A stretch of 64,000 bases of DNA, from contig NC_027218.1 in the NCBI RefSeq assembly GCF_000981445.1, positions 3,286,001 through 3,350,000 on the forward strand, written 5' to 3'. Position 1 is the stretch's first letter, and every line of letters begins with the position of its first letter. The DNA comes from Babesia bigemina. Lineage: Eukaryota. Positions 11,601-23,093 of this stretch are shown here, piece after piece. Under the pieces are notes generated by a model that saw only the letters and a program-made list of their open reading frames with translations, was not told the DNA's origin and did not search any database. A program made the position numbers and the translations under genes.

Positions 11601-13244
11601 TACTTCAAGGCCTTCTTGGGAGAGTTGGTGGAGGGGCACGTGGCCCCGGTGACCTGCGTCCTCCTGTACAACAAAAACATCCTAAAGGCCGAGTATCTTC
11701 CACGCATTCGGTTCTCCGTCGAGGTGACGTCCAGCGCTAACTCGTTCCACTTCTACGCCCTGTGTCGTGACGGCGCGGATGACAGTGGCATCATGCGCCT
11801 CTGCGTGAACAACAAGTTCTCTCTTACCCTGACTGGGTTCGCCGATGCGCAGCACTTCGACCTAGGCACGCGTCTGGACACCCGGAGCGGGCCCGATGCG
11901 GACGCCGTGGTGCCCACTCTTTTTGCCGACGACCCTGCGGTGGCTTGCAGCATCAACGAGGACATGACAAACTTCCTGGAGTTAGCCAAACGTGATTCTA
12001 ATACCGGCGTGGTCTACCTATTCGGCTTGTTCAAGGCGCTTTCGCACGGGCCGACTACTGTCAAGTTCAACTTGCAGATGCAGCCGATGTTGGGCCACAC
12101 TTTGAAGGCGATGGAGTCGCAGTTCCTGGTTGTGACGGACGTAACGAAAACCTTCGTGCACGAGCCCGTGTCCCTGGACCTTGCCGTCGACCAAGTGTAC
12201 GACAACGACACCGGCGGCTACATGAAGTTTTTGAATATGCACCTGTCGAACAAGAGCCCGCTGCAATACTCCCTGGATAGCGTGCGTGTGCTCCACGACG
12301 GCATATCGGTAGCCCGTATGTTTCGCTAGGCAATGTGCTCACATGACGCAGAGAACGACCAGTTGTACGGCTACCGCAAAACGATGGAGGACAGGGAGGG
12401 ACTGCTGTTCATGTACCTGTGCCCAACCAACAAGCACGGTGAATCCGGCATGGAAGTCCAGTGCCTGCATTCCGTGGTTCATGCCGATGCGTTCCCATAC
12501 AACCGCCTGCAGCCGTGCTTCCAGATTATGTTAACGGTAAGTGTTGCACCCTCGGTCCTAATTGCCCTTTGCAGAAGAACATATCCCTTTACAACGAGAA
12601 AGACCACTGCGAGATCCTGATTGCGGTCAAGCACCAGAGCATCGTTGAGTTGGGACAGCCGTTCGAGTTCGTTGCCGAGATCCGGAACATGACCCCGCAC
12701 ACCCTGGTAGGTTACGTGCTCCAAAGGCGGCCAGCCTAGTGATGCGTGCATGCGACATCCACAATCCGAGTGGAAGATAGCTGCCAGTTACAGTGCATGT
12801 ATCAGTTGCGCCACATGTTGCCGATAACGAGTCACCCGCGGTGACTGTCTATTATTGTCTACTGGCATGCGTGGAATTGCCGTGATTCTACTCAAACTAG
12901 ACAAGCACGTGTTCATGTGCCGTTTTCGAAACTTATAAAACGCTGCAGGATTATTGCATCACTCTGCCAACTGGCGGCGCAACAGGCAGTCCGTTCATGA
13001 TATCAGGTCCGCGCTACCTAGACATGATCGCACTGCCGCACGCATTGCGAACTGTGAAGTGGGTATTGATGGCGAACAAGTAGGTTTTACCGCTATACAA
13101 TCACATTTATGTTACAGGTGCGGCCACCACAACCTGCCGGAGGTGAGGCTAGAACAGCGCCGAAAGCTGTCGCTGTCTAGGGATGATTTCGTATCTGTGC
13201 CGTCTTTGATCTACGTCACGCCGCGTCCATTGGACCCGGCATAA
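8616..13244 (+). CDS. TRAPPC11 (foie gras/gryzun)-like trafficking protein
   Basis: N-terminal AYYERRAH...AYFKLAYFHQF resembles the foie-gras region. Spliced C-terminus PFMISGPRYLDMIALPHALRTVKWVLMANKCGHHNLPEVRL resembles the TRAPPC11 end. Introns near 12309, 12537, 12707-12948 and 13080. Confidence 0.68.
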
Positions 13245-13309
13245 ACTAGCGAGCCCAATAGTAGCTCAACATGCGGAATTAATTGCTTTATAACTTATAA
13301 ACGGGCCCA

Positions 13310-13545
13310 AAAGTGCAACGTCAGCACGCCTACACACCGCGCCAACACACACCGAGCAGAACAAGCTCAGCTTGCAACAGTGGCAATACACACCACTTTA
13401 CGGCGAGCACATATGCGCCAATATACACGCACGAGGCGCTTTAGACTCCTAATGCCCCTAGACGCAGGTGCACCGGGGCGGTGTCCAACACCACCTGCAC
13501 GCGAACGCCGGATGCACTAGAGCTGCAGCAGCAATTGCACATCTC
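13310..13545 (+). promoter_or_regulatory. Cluster of GTGCA/TGCAC and ACACAC motifs upstream of the 8-TM gene
   Basis: GTGCA 13313, GGTGCACC 13467, TGCAC 13496, TGCACTAG 13513, TGCAC 13536; ACACACC near 13332, 13347 and 13389. Confidence 0.5.
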
Positions 13546-13695
13546 CACCACCACATTCATTGTCTATCACAATCACACATCGACGCGTTTATACTACGTC
13601 GAGAAATTTATATGCTGTGAACATTCACCCGCAGCGCTCAGCAACTTGTGACTCTGTTTTTGTTGTGTGTACACCCCGAATACAACATAACGAAA

Positions 13696-14811
13696 ATGGC
13701 TGCTTTCAACAAGGCTAACGGTATTTACAGCGCCAAGCTTGGCCTGTACATGTACGCTCTGGCTCTTCAGATGGCCCTTGGCTACTGTATGCTTCTGTGC
13801 TCCCCCAACAAGCTTAACATCAGCGCTATCGTTGCTTCCCGCCAACTCAGTGACATCAGGGACATTGGCTTCGACGTTCTCCAGGGTGCTGGTGCTGTTC
13901 ACGTTGTCTTGGCTGTTCTCACTTTCGGCTTCCTCATCTTGACGCACTTCGTCACCATCTGCTTCAAGATCCCCATGCTGGTCCTGACCGTCGTCCAGAC
14001 TGCTTACTGCAGTGCTACTGCCTCCATTTGCGCCGTCTACTTGCAGAAGGGTAACAGCTTCATCAACAAGACCTTCCAGATTTTCGCCAAGACTGTTGTC
14101 GGCGTCGTCGACCCGAAGTTGAACGACCTCTTGGTCGAGAACCGCAACTTCCTCTTCCTCATTGGTCTGCTTTCTGTGATTGCGGCCTCCCTCTTCCACA
14201 AGGCCCAGATGGTCAAGGGTACCGACAGCGCCACTCAGGTTATGGTTGTTGTTCCCTCCATCAGTCTCGGTTTGGGTATTGCCTTCGCTCTTTGCGCTCC
14301 TTGCTGCGGCTACAGGACCTTCAGCTTGGGTCTCCTCTGGTCTTTGACCTGCATTGTCGGTGATGTCATCAGCTCTGTCAGCAGGTTCTTCTGCTTCAAG
14401 CCCCTCAAGATTATCATGTTGGCTGTTCACGCGCTCATTGTCCTCCTCTCCGTCGTCACCATTGGTGTCTGCACCACCATCTACACTGGTGGCAAGATTG
14501 ACTACTCCGGATACCTTGCCATCCTTCACGGTGAGGTCCAGAAGCTCGGCGACACCGGTCACGCCCTTGCCAACTACCAGAACGTCACCAGCTACTTGCA
14601 GAAGATCACCGACTCTTACTCCGACGAGACCCTCAACTTGTTGATGGGCAACGGTGTTTACTTCATTGTCATCGTCGTTCTGTCCATCGTCTGCCTGCTC
14701 TTCGGCATTCTCTCGCTGTTGTACTCTGTCTTCAGGTTTTTCGACAGGTCTCGTGACTCCGTCGAGTCCGACGCTGCCAACACACAGGGCATGAAGATCG
14801 TCGTCTCTTAA
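13696..14811 (+). CDS. Polytopic (about 8 TM) membrane protein with strong codon bias; candidate GAP40-like glideosome/IMC protein
   Basis: ATG in aaaATG context and about eight hydrophobic segments arranged as two 4-TM modules. Third codon positions are almost never A. The GAP40 assignment rests on size and topology only. Confidence 0.55.
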   Translation: MAAFNKANGIYSAKLGLYMYALALQMALGYCMLLCSPNKLNISAIVASRQLSDIRDIGFDVLQGAGAVHVVLAVLTFGFLILTHFVTICFKIPMLVLTVVQTAYCSATASICAVYLQKGNSFINKTFQIFAKTVVGVVDPKLNDLLVENRNFLFLIGLLSVIAASLFHKAQMVKGTDSATQVMVVVPSISLGLGIAFALCAPCCGYRTFSLGLLWSLTCIVGDVISSVSRFFCFKPLKIIMLAVHALIVLLSVVTIGVCTTIYTGGKIDYSGYLAILHGEVQKLGDTGHALANYQNVTSYLQKITDSYSDETLNLLMGNGVYFIVIVVLSIVCLLFGILSLLYSVFRFFDRSRDSVESDAANTQGMKIVVS

Positions 14812-14887
14812 GAACTGTATATGTTAATGATCTGAAACTCTTATGTGTAGTGCCTAGCACGTGTGTGTAGCGAGTCAGTTAGTAAAA

Positions 14888-17632
14888 ATGTCTGATAGTA
14901 GCGCCGGTAACACGGTGTTTACGTTTGGCAAACATAAGGGGCGATCATTCGAAGATGTATACCACTCTGATCCAAGTTATGGCGCCTGGGCGATGCAGAT
15001 CGAATCGCCGTCTGGGCCGATGCTGCAGTTCTGCAGCTTCCTGCGTTCCATGGGATACGATGCGAATTCTAAGGAATCCAGGGGAATTGCAGCTAAGGAA
15101 GATGCCGGTAGGAGCATGAAGAGGGGTATTAACGAGACCACCGGTGCTGCGAGCGCTGTCGTGGATAGCCGTCGACCAACGGTGGCGAACGGACGCGGTG
15201 CTGCGGCGGCTGCAGCTAACACACCTGGATTTCCTAACGATAATCGTGCGTCTTTGCATAGCAAGGCGCTAGACAACTGTTTGGAGGCCAAGTGGCGGCG
15301 GTTGACGCAGAAGGTACAGGAGGTGGATGAGGAAGAGGATGAAGCGGAATGGTATCAAAGGCGCCGAAACACGGCCGGCACAATACACGACACTGCAAGC
15401 ATCTTAGATGACGATTCCATGACGCTTCAGCGGGTGCTGGAGGCGGCTGTAGCGGCGAGAAGGCAACAGTTACCGGTGGCGAAGCGGTCGCCCAAAAGTA
15501 GTTCCAGCACCTTGCCCAAGGCTAAAAACACCGGTACACCAAACACATCGACCGTTTCGTCCGTGTTTAACGGGGGTGGGCGCAAAAATGAGGGCGCAAA
15601 CTCCGTGGCGCCTGGGCGGAACAGCGAACCAGGCCAAATGACCCTTGATGGCAGAGTGATTAAAAGTGCACCAAAGGGAAAAACTGAGACAAAGGCAAAT
15701 GATGCAGCTGCCTGCAAGGAATCTGTACCCGGTAACACTTTTGGTAATTTGCCAGGGGATAATGGGACCTCGTCTCCCATGCGCAATGCCACACCCAAGC
15801 CCAACCAATCCGCTACATGGAGCACGTCACCCGGGAAGAAAAAGTTGCGACTTGAGGGCATTGTCGCGTTGGTCTTGCACTCCGAGGATGAATTCTCAGT
15901 GGCCTTCCAGAAGGCGTTGAAGGACATGGCCGTGTGGTCGAATATCCTGCCTCCGCCTCTGTTCGACTTCTTGCGGTTTCTGGATAATGGCATGCGGGTG
16001 GTAAAGGAGGGCCGGACGTCGTACGTGCTCATGAAGGCGGACAAGTACGAGATGGTCCTGAAAGCCTTGAAGCAGGAATTGGCCGGTTGCCAGTGCCCCG
16101 TGGACCCGATCCCGGACTTCATTCTGCGCACCTTCCCGGCGTTCCACCGCTACAGTCGCGCGGCAAAGCTGCCGGAGAAAACACAGCAGGCGCTTTCCGG
16201 GTACCTCTGTGACTACACGCGCAAGAACATGGATCGCTTGTCGGAAATCGTAGGCAAGGAGCTCTATTCCCAGCTGAGGCCCTTCCAGCGCGAGGGGGTG
16301 GAATTCGGTATTCGCAGAAACGGCCGCGTCCTGATAGGTGATGAGATGGGTCTGGGTAAAACCCTGCAGGCGCTGGCTATATCTGCATTCTACTGTATGG
16401 ACTGGCCCCTGTTGATCGTCTGCCCCTCGTCGCTTAGGTTCCAGTGGCGCGACCAATGCGTGCGATGGCTGCCTCACCTGATCAGCGAGGACGAGGTTTG
16501 CACCGTCAAGAGCGGAAAGACGGCCATACCTGACCACACAAAGGTGGTGATTATCTCGTACGACCTCTACGCCTTGAATGAGCACTTCCGCCACGGCTTC
16601 CGCGTGGTCATCTGCGACGAGTCGCACTACATCAAGAATAAGCAGGCCAAGCGAACGCGGTGCCTGGCTCCGCTGCTCAAGGAGACGCGAAGGGCGATAC
16701 TGCTGTCCGGTACCCCAACGCTGAACTCCCCTTCAGAGCTCTACGAGCAGATCTCGTGCATCATGCCGTCGTTTTGCTCCAACAGCACCTTTTTGGAGCG
16801 CTATTGTCAGAAGAAGTTGAATTGGTACACCAAGCGAATCACGTACGCCGGCTCGCAGCACACTTCCGAGCTGCACCTGTTCCTGGTCAAGACGGTGATG
16901 ATCCGCCGCCTCAAGGAGCACGTGCTGCACGAACTCCCGCCGAAGCTGAGGTCGAAGGTGCCCATAGAGCTGCCGAAAACATTCCTGCGCGATTGCAAGA
17001 GCCACATGGCAACGCTGCCCAAGAACGCGCACAATGATTCTGACTTCTCGTCCATGCAGGAGATGTTCAAGAAGACCGGCGAGGCCAAGGCCAAGGGCGT
17101 GTGCGAGTACGTGGTCCACATGCTCAGGAGCGAGGTGAAGTTCATCGTCTTCGCCCACCACATTTTCCTGATGGACGCCATCGAGGACACGCTGCGCGAG
17201 CAGAAGTGCAACTACATAAGGATCGACGGTTCGACGCCTCACAGCAAAAGGGAGGAGAACGTGCACAAGTTCCAGAACGACAGCAGCTGCACGCTGGCGT
17301 TGCTGTCGATGACGGCCTGTGGCGTCGGGCTGAACCTGACGGCGTCCTCGACGGTCGTGTTCGCGGAGCTGCACTGGGTCCCCGGGCTCATGATCCAGGC
17401 CGAGGACCGCGCGCACCGCATGGGCACCAAGCATCGCGTGATCAATATCCACTACCTCATCGCCGAGAACTCGGTCGAAGAGATGATGTGGCGCGTGATC
17501 AACCGCAAGTGGGAGGGGGTGACGGCGACGCTCAACGGCGAGACCTCAAACCTGACGCTGCTCAAGGAAGCGGAAAAGAACAAGTTAACCGAGGAGGCCA
17601 ACCAGCTCAAAATCACGGAATTGATCAAGTGA
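14888..17632 (+). CDS. SMARCAL1/ZRANB3-like SNF2 annealing helicase
   Basis: LRPFQREGVEFG, VLIGDEMGLGKTLQA, ICDESHYIKN, LSGTP, RIDGST, GVGLNLTA, AELHWVPG and QAEDRAHRMG. Confidence 0.9.
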   Translation: MSDSSAGNTVFTFGKHKGRSFEDVYHSDPSYGAWAMQIESPSGPMLQFCSFLRSMGYDANSKESRGIAAKEDAGRSMKRGINETTGAASAVVDSRRPTVANGRGAAAAAANTPGFPNDNRASLHSKALDNCLEAKWRRLTQKVQEVDEEEDEAEWYQRRRNTAGTIHDTASILDDDSMTLQRVLEAAVAARRQQLPVAKRSPKSSSSTLPKAKNTGTPNTSTVSSVFNGGGRKNEGANSVAPGRNSEPGQMTLDGRVIKSAPKGKTETKANDAAACKESVPGNTFGNLPGDNGTSSPMRNATPKPNQSATWSTSPGKKKLRLEGIVALVLHSEDEFSVAFQKALKDMAVWSNILPPPLFDFLRFLDNGMRVVKEGRTSYVLMKADKYEMVLKALKQELAGCQCPVDPIPDFILRTFPAFHRYSRAAKLPEKTQQALSGYLCDYTRKNMDRLSEIVGKELYSQLRPFQREGVEFGIRRNGRVLIGDEMGLGKTLQALAISAFYCMDWPLLIVCPSSLRFQWRDQCVRWLPHLISEDEVCTVKSGKTAIPDHTKVVIISYDLYALNEHFRHGFRVVICDESHYIKNKQAKRTRCLAPLLKETRRAILLSGTPTLNSPSELYEQISCIMPSFCSNSTFLERYCQKKLNWYTKRITYAGSQHTSELHLFLVKTVMIRRLKEHVLHELPPKLRSKVPIELPKTFLRDCKSHMATLPKNAHNDSDFSSMQEMFKKTGEAKAKGVCEYVVHMLRSEVKFIVFAHHIFLMDAIEDTLREQKCNYIRIDGSTPHSKREENVHKFQNDSSCTLALLSMTACGVGLNLTASSTVVFAELHWVPGLMIQAEDRAHRMGTKHRVINIHYLIAENSVEEMMWRVINRKWEGVTATLNGETSNLTLLKEAEKNKLTEEANQLKITELIK

Positions 17633-17746
17633 GGCCGCTACTGGCATCGACATTGTTTAATGCGGGCGTGCCTACGTCGCCGCCTTTTGTATTTTTACCA
17701 TTACTGCATGCTGTTGGTAGAGGTGTCGCTGCTGCTGTCGTGGGTG

Positions 17747-20700
17747 TTACCCCTTTTCATCCGGCAGGTTGCTCTCGCCAATACCCATCAGCTTCCTGAA
17801 CGGCGGCGGCCTCGACGAGACCAGCTCGAACGGCAGCAGCTGATGGATGTTGTCGAAAGTGAGCTCGTCGGGGTCCACGTCCAGGCGGTGCAGCATGCTC
17901 AAAAACCGCTTGTTGCGTTTCAGCTTAGTGAGCTTCAGATTGGCATCCCGGATGCGCCGGTTCACGCTCCTGCGGTCCTCGCCCAGCCCTGCGGCGCCTA
18001 TGCCCTCAGGGAAGTAGGTGTAGGGCGTCAGCTTCGGCCGCTTCCTGCCGAAGCGTAGCATACGCGCCATTTCCTCCATGTGCTCGGGCTCTTTGGAGCG
18101 TCTGAACATGTGTTACAATACAGTATACCGAACTTACAGCTTGCACTTGGCGACCACCTCGGGCGGCAGCGCCTTCCTCGCAATGCGCGACAGGGTGCGG
18201 CGGCGCTGGTCCGAGTTCACCACGCTCCTCACTAGCGAACGCACTTTTTTGAGCTCTTCTGGCGACTGCAGACGCTCTTCGCCCTCGTCGTCAGCGTCGT
18301 CTGACGAGTCGAAGTCACCGATGTCGCTGAAGTCGTCCTGATGGTCCACGTAGCCTCGTGTACCCGCGTCGCCAACGTCATCTCCATAATTGCTGCTGCG
18401 CAGGAACCCTTCCTCTGCACGACGGTCAGTTGAAGGGGAACGTCCATGACTGTCCGTACGTGAGTCTGATTCATCTTCTACTTCGTCTTCAGGTTTTGGT
18501 GGTAGCGGTCGGGGAGGCACCTTGCTCATCACGTAGAGACGAGTAACCGGGTCTAAGTGACGATTCCTCTGTATATATAGCTGGTGGTTGATTTTTTTGT
18601 TGTCCCGATTTTCGAATTTGCTGGGGTAAGCAGCAGACTCGGCCGGCGTGTCCTCATTCGTTGCATCTGCTGTCAGCGCCCTGACTTCGTTGAAGATACT
18701 CTGGATGTCGTCCGTTATCGTGGGCGGTTCGTAGTACTTTTCCACGGGCTCCAGAGGCCCCTTTGGCAAAGTAGTTGACACAGCGGTAGCCTCGTCGGTT
18801 GCAGGCGTTGCTGTACGATGTTCCGCAGTCGGCATGTCACGCCTAGTGTTGCCCAGATTGTGGCTCTGTGACAACCTCGATTTGGGCGCAGTTGTAGCCG
18901 GTTTGTATGGCTCCTCTGATCCGAAAATGCTGCTCGCAACATCCTTGAAATCCTCAATGTCGGACGCATCGTCCGCGCCACTTTCTTCGTCATCGTCATA
19001 GTCATCGCTGTATTCGCCGCTTGATGTGTCGTACGAGTTGTCTAAATCGCTGTAGAAGGATGAATCGTCTTCATCGGTAACGCGCTCAGAGTCACGTGAA
19101 TCGGCAGCAGTTTTATCATATACGTCATGGTTCTCTGTATACCGTGAACGGCGCTCAGCGTCCTCGGGCTCCGCATTGTCGTGGCCCGAGTTGTGTGATT
19201 CGGCTGCATCATATACGGTGCTCTCGGAGTCAGACGATTCTGAATTCTCGACATAATCCGTATCGTCGTCGCCCTCTACTTGGGGGGCCAAAAAATTTAT
19301 TTCGCTTTTGACCCCTTGCGTTGAGTCCACGTACTCATCCACATTGTGCACAGCAGAGATAGAACCGTCGCCCCGTGCAAACGGTTGCATCAAAATGTCG
19401 TGCTCCTCAGAAGAGCTGCCTTTCTTGAGCTTACCAGAGGTTTTGCCGGCAAGCGTGGCCGCCGCCACGTCCATGGGGTCTATTCCGGCCTCCTCATACA
19501 TCCTATCCAGGCGTGATTGCCACGTAGTCACGTCATCATTCGCCATTGCACATGCACCCAGAATAGCTGACTCGTCGTCATCTATAAGCCTATTCGAGTG
19601 CGCGAAAGGATCGAATCCTGAAGCGCTGCGTATCATTTCTGCGAGTTCCTTAGCTTCGGGGTGGTCGTACGACTCTAGCTTGGCGACTACTTCGTCCGCA
19701 TCCGGGCCGTCTTCCCAAGCTGATTGCGTCTCGTCAGCTATTTCCGATTCTGGCAACAGATCTTCAATATCCTCCAGCGTCGCGTGACGCGGTTCGGTGT
19801 CCTCAATTTGGCTCTTGTCGCTGGGAGGGGCGTGGAACATGTCCCACAGGTGCTCTACAATCTCGCCACGGCGCTCAGCGCTATGGAGGTCGTCGGCCAT
19901 TGCGCCTTTGAAGTCGAAGTTCTCTCCCTGAACATCTCGCAGTGCCGTCGTCACCTCCTCTGTGACCTTTTGGAAGTAGTCGCGCGGGTTCTTTTCATCG
20001 AAGGGCGTGTACACGCGGCTCTCCCATACGCCAGGATCGCCATACTTGTACACCGTGCGGCGGAAGGGCGGGGGCTCGTTCGATTCTTGGTTGAGTTCGG
20101 CTATCTCCATTGAGAGTCTGTTGTATTCCTTTGTGGCGCGCCTCAGTTGGACATCGTCCATGTTATCGGCGTCGTCCAGCACGGTGTCCTTCAGCTGTTG
20201 CAGTTGTTCTACTTTTTTGCGGTTCTGCAGATACATCACGTACTCCTTTGACGCATTTCGGCCCGCCCCGACTTCCTGCAGCAGGTCGTCATAGCCGCCG
20301 ATCATCCGCATCTTCTCCAGGTCGTTGGCCTGTAGGCTCTGCAGCATCGACAGCCGATTACCGGGGTGGTACACTGCCTGCTGCTCCGGAGTCTCCTGAC
20401 CCGTCAGACAGCGCTTCTCCAGCTCCTCGGCGAGGGAGTTCTCGCTCAGCTGTATGCGATTCTTAACCAGGTCGACGCATTTGACGTAGAGGGTAGGGAT
20501 TCGGGTGCCTATGCGGAACGGCTGCCGCGCAACACCGGTATACTTCCTGGGCAGCTTGCGGTCGTTTATGTGCAGAAACCCGTCAACGGTGGCGCCTACA
20601 TCCACGTAGTAGCCCAATGGAGACCTGCGGCGTATGACGCCACTGACGGCCTCTTCCACTCTAAACGAGTGCAGCGGTCTCCGCTCTATGGGTTCGCCGG

Positions 20701-21349
20701 TCGGACCCTCCAGTTTCGGCAGGTCAAGCAAGGTAAGGCGGATGAATCGCGCGTCCTCGTCTATCGACTTCACGGTGACTATTATATCTTCGCCCGAGGA
20801 GAGGCTGTGGTCCACACGGTCGATCCAGCCCTCGCTCATATCACGAGCGTGCAGCACACCGTACGATGTGGAACCCACGTCTACCAGGGCGTACGTGGGA
20901 AACGTGATCGCCACACGGCCCTTCACCTTCTCCCCAACGCGGTATAATACCGGGTTCAGCCTCTTGCGGTGCTTCTTGATCTTCCACAGTTGGTGGAGGT
21001 GCTGTGGCCTTCCTGTGGCGTCCAGCGAACGCTTCATCAGCATCTCCATGTCGTGGTCGACTATGCCCTTGACGACACGGTTGCTCAGGTGCTGGGGCAG
21101 CACCGGGCACTTGGGCGGCTTCGGCTCCTCGGCCTCGAAGCCCACATACTCCCGCTCCAGTTGTTCCACCTGGGACAGCGTCAGCGGCGTCGATTCCGCG
21201 AAAATGGGGACGGAACGAGTACGCGCATGCCCACTTTGCAGTGAGTGGCAGGCGAACGCCGGTCGGCGGCCGTTACGGCCACCGACGGCCAGATGTAGCG
21301 ATGCTGCGGTCCCTAAGAAAATCGACCACAAAAATACAATCCTCAACAT
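17747..21349 (-). CDS. S1 RNA-binding domain protein with bipartite apicoplast-type leader (plastid ribosomal S1-like)
   Basis: Signal peptide MLRIVFLWSIFLGTAAS followed by an Arg-rich transit-like segment. Two S1 repeats (YALVDVGSTSYGVLH; GYYVDVGATVDGFLH) and a long acidic linker. A short intron (~18102-18137) joins the final exon ending at 17747. Confidence 0.78.
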
Positions 21350-21690
21350 CTACTTCGGCTCCTCATTCAAAAACTGCTCGATGGATGCTGCCACTTAAAT
21401 TTTTCTACAGCAACATCGGAAAAAAGATGAAAGGATTTTGTGCAATGATATGCTGGCATTCAGCCATGGATCACCACGCCTCTCCAGCAACTCGTGACGG
21501 AATATCTGTTCAATGCGACCACGACATGCCCGAGTGATGTAATGGTCCTGGTCGTACAAAACCTTCTGTCAGATGAGATTGGACGTCAATCACGTTACGC
21601 TCACTGGACGCAATGATTGCAAACTACAACTGAGGAGAATCGCCTTTCAATGCCGCACCTTTTACATGTACAAATGCACCGGAATGGCCG

Positions 21691-22331
21691 TTATAAGTCT
21701 TCCAAAATCACTGGGCGGTCTACCAGATGTATCACGCCGTTGTGGCATCGCATGTTCCACCGCAGCACCTTGGAGCCGTTGATGGTGGTGTAGTCAGTCT
21801 TTATTCGGACATCCCCGCCGTTCTCCACGGCGAGTTCGCGGCCGCTAAGTGCCAACAGACTGCTCGGCGCGGCCCTGGGTGCGTTGTACGGCAGCCACGG
21901 CTGCATGGGAGACCCCGTGATGTCGCGGTGCAGCCACAGGTCACGAGTGAAGTGCGATCGGACAAAATCGGCGATCCGTTCCGGTGGCGACTCGTAGAGC
22001 GTATGCATCAGCTTCTGCAGGCCATCGTCGACCGGAATGAACCCAGTGAACGGCCCCGGCAGCGACAGCTCATGCGCCAGCCCGTACCCTGCGTAGCGTC
22101 ACTGGACGTGGGCGCCAACCTACCGTGAGCGGTCTCGACGTTGAACAGGGATCCGAAAAGACGCGTGAACTTGCCTCCCTGGCACGCATTCAGCACTGTG
22201 CGGCGGACTTCGGGGTGTTCGAAGCACCAGTAGACCAGTCGATTGATCACATCGGGATTCCTAGTCACCCGGCGCAGTCGCCCGGCGTTTATCGGTCTAG
22301 GTCCCCATTGCAGCGCCCGGCGCGATGACAT
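21691..22331 (-). CDS. Single FAS1 (fasciclin) domain protein
   Basis: After one intron (~22089-22123): GLAHELSLPGPFTGFIP (H1 motif) and INGSKVLRWNMRCHNGVIHLVDRPV (H2 motif). Confidence 0.8.
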
Positions 22332-22669
22332 AGCACTACCAACCGTACTGCGTACAATATGGCCAGGATTCCACCAGAAATCTCGCGAATGTGGCATACC
22401 ATGGGGAGATGTGTGACGCGACGCGCGTCTTATACCCAGCTGCCGGCCACAATTACATTACGAAAACCACGCATTTGATTAGTATACGTTTAGGAGGTCA
22501 TATGCTCGGCGATTGGCCGACATGTGCCAGTAGCAGGGCGTCGGCGACGCGCCCAGACAACCAGGGCACAGAACAATCAATCATTGACATTGTAATCGAG
22601 GTTAACGGTATGTGACCGATACTAACTCGTACGATGAGTCCTCTGCGGGAACAAAAGGCACCTGCGAGC

Positions 22670-23093
22670 TCAGACCAACAGACGCTCGATGTGGTCCTTG
22701 GCCTCTACGATCTGCTGGTTCAGCGGCGAACCCTCGCGGCTGATGATGGCGCACGATACCACCGGGCGTGAAACACCGCACGCGCGGCCCAGTGCGATCT
22801 TGCTCTTGACGAAGATGTAGGGGATGTTCTTGTCCTCGCAGACCAAGGGCAGGTGGAGGATGATCTCCAGGGGCTCGGCGTCGGCCGCCAGCACGATAAT
22901 CTCCGCGAGTCCACGGTTCAGCGCCTTGGTAGCTGCACGGGGGTGAGTGGGAGCGCGAGGAAGACGTACCTTCGTTGGCGCCCTTCTTCAGCTGCTTGTA
23001 GTTGGACGCTTGCTGCACCAGGTCGAGGAGCACGCCGTTCATCTCCTCCGTAGCCAGCGGGTAAGCCTTAGAGTCACTGCCTTCGGCCGACAT
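22670..23093 (-). CDS. SNU13: SNU13/15.5K (NHP2L1) K-turn binding protein
   Basis: KAYPLA...[16 protein letters not shown]...[27 protein letters not shown], with one intron. Confidence 0.96.

Noticed and set aside
13594..14562. 322-aa antisense ORF opposite the 8-TM gene
   Set aside because: Explained by the sense gene's avoidance of TTA/CTA/TCA codons, which removes antisense stops; no recognisable motifs.
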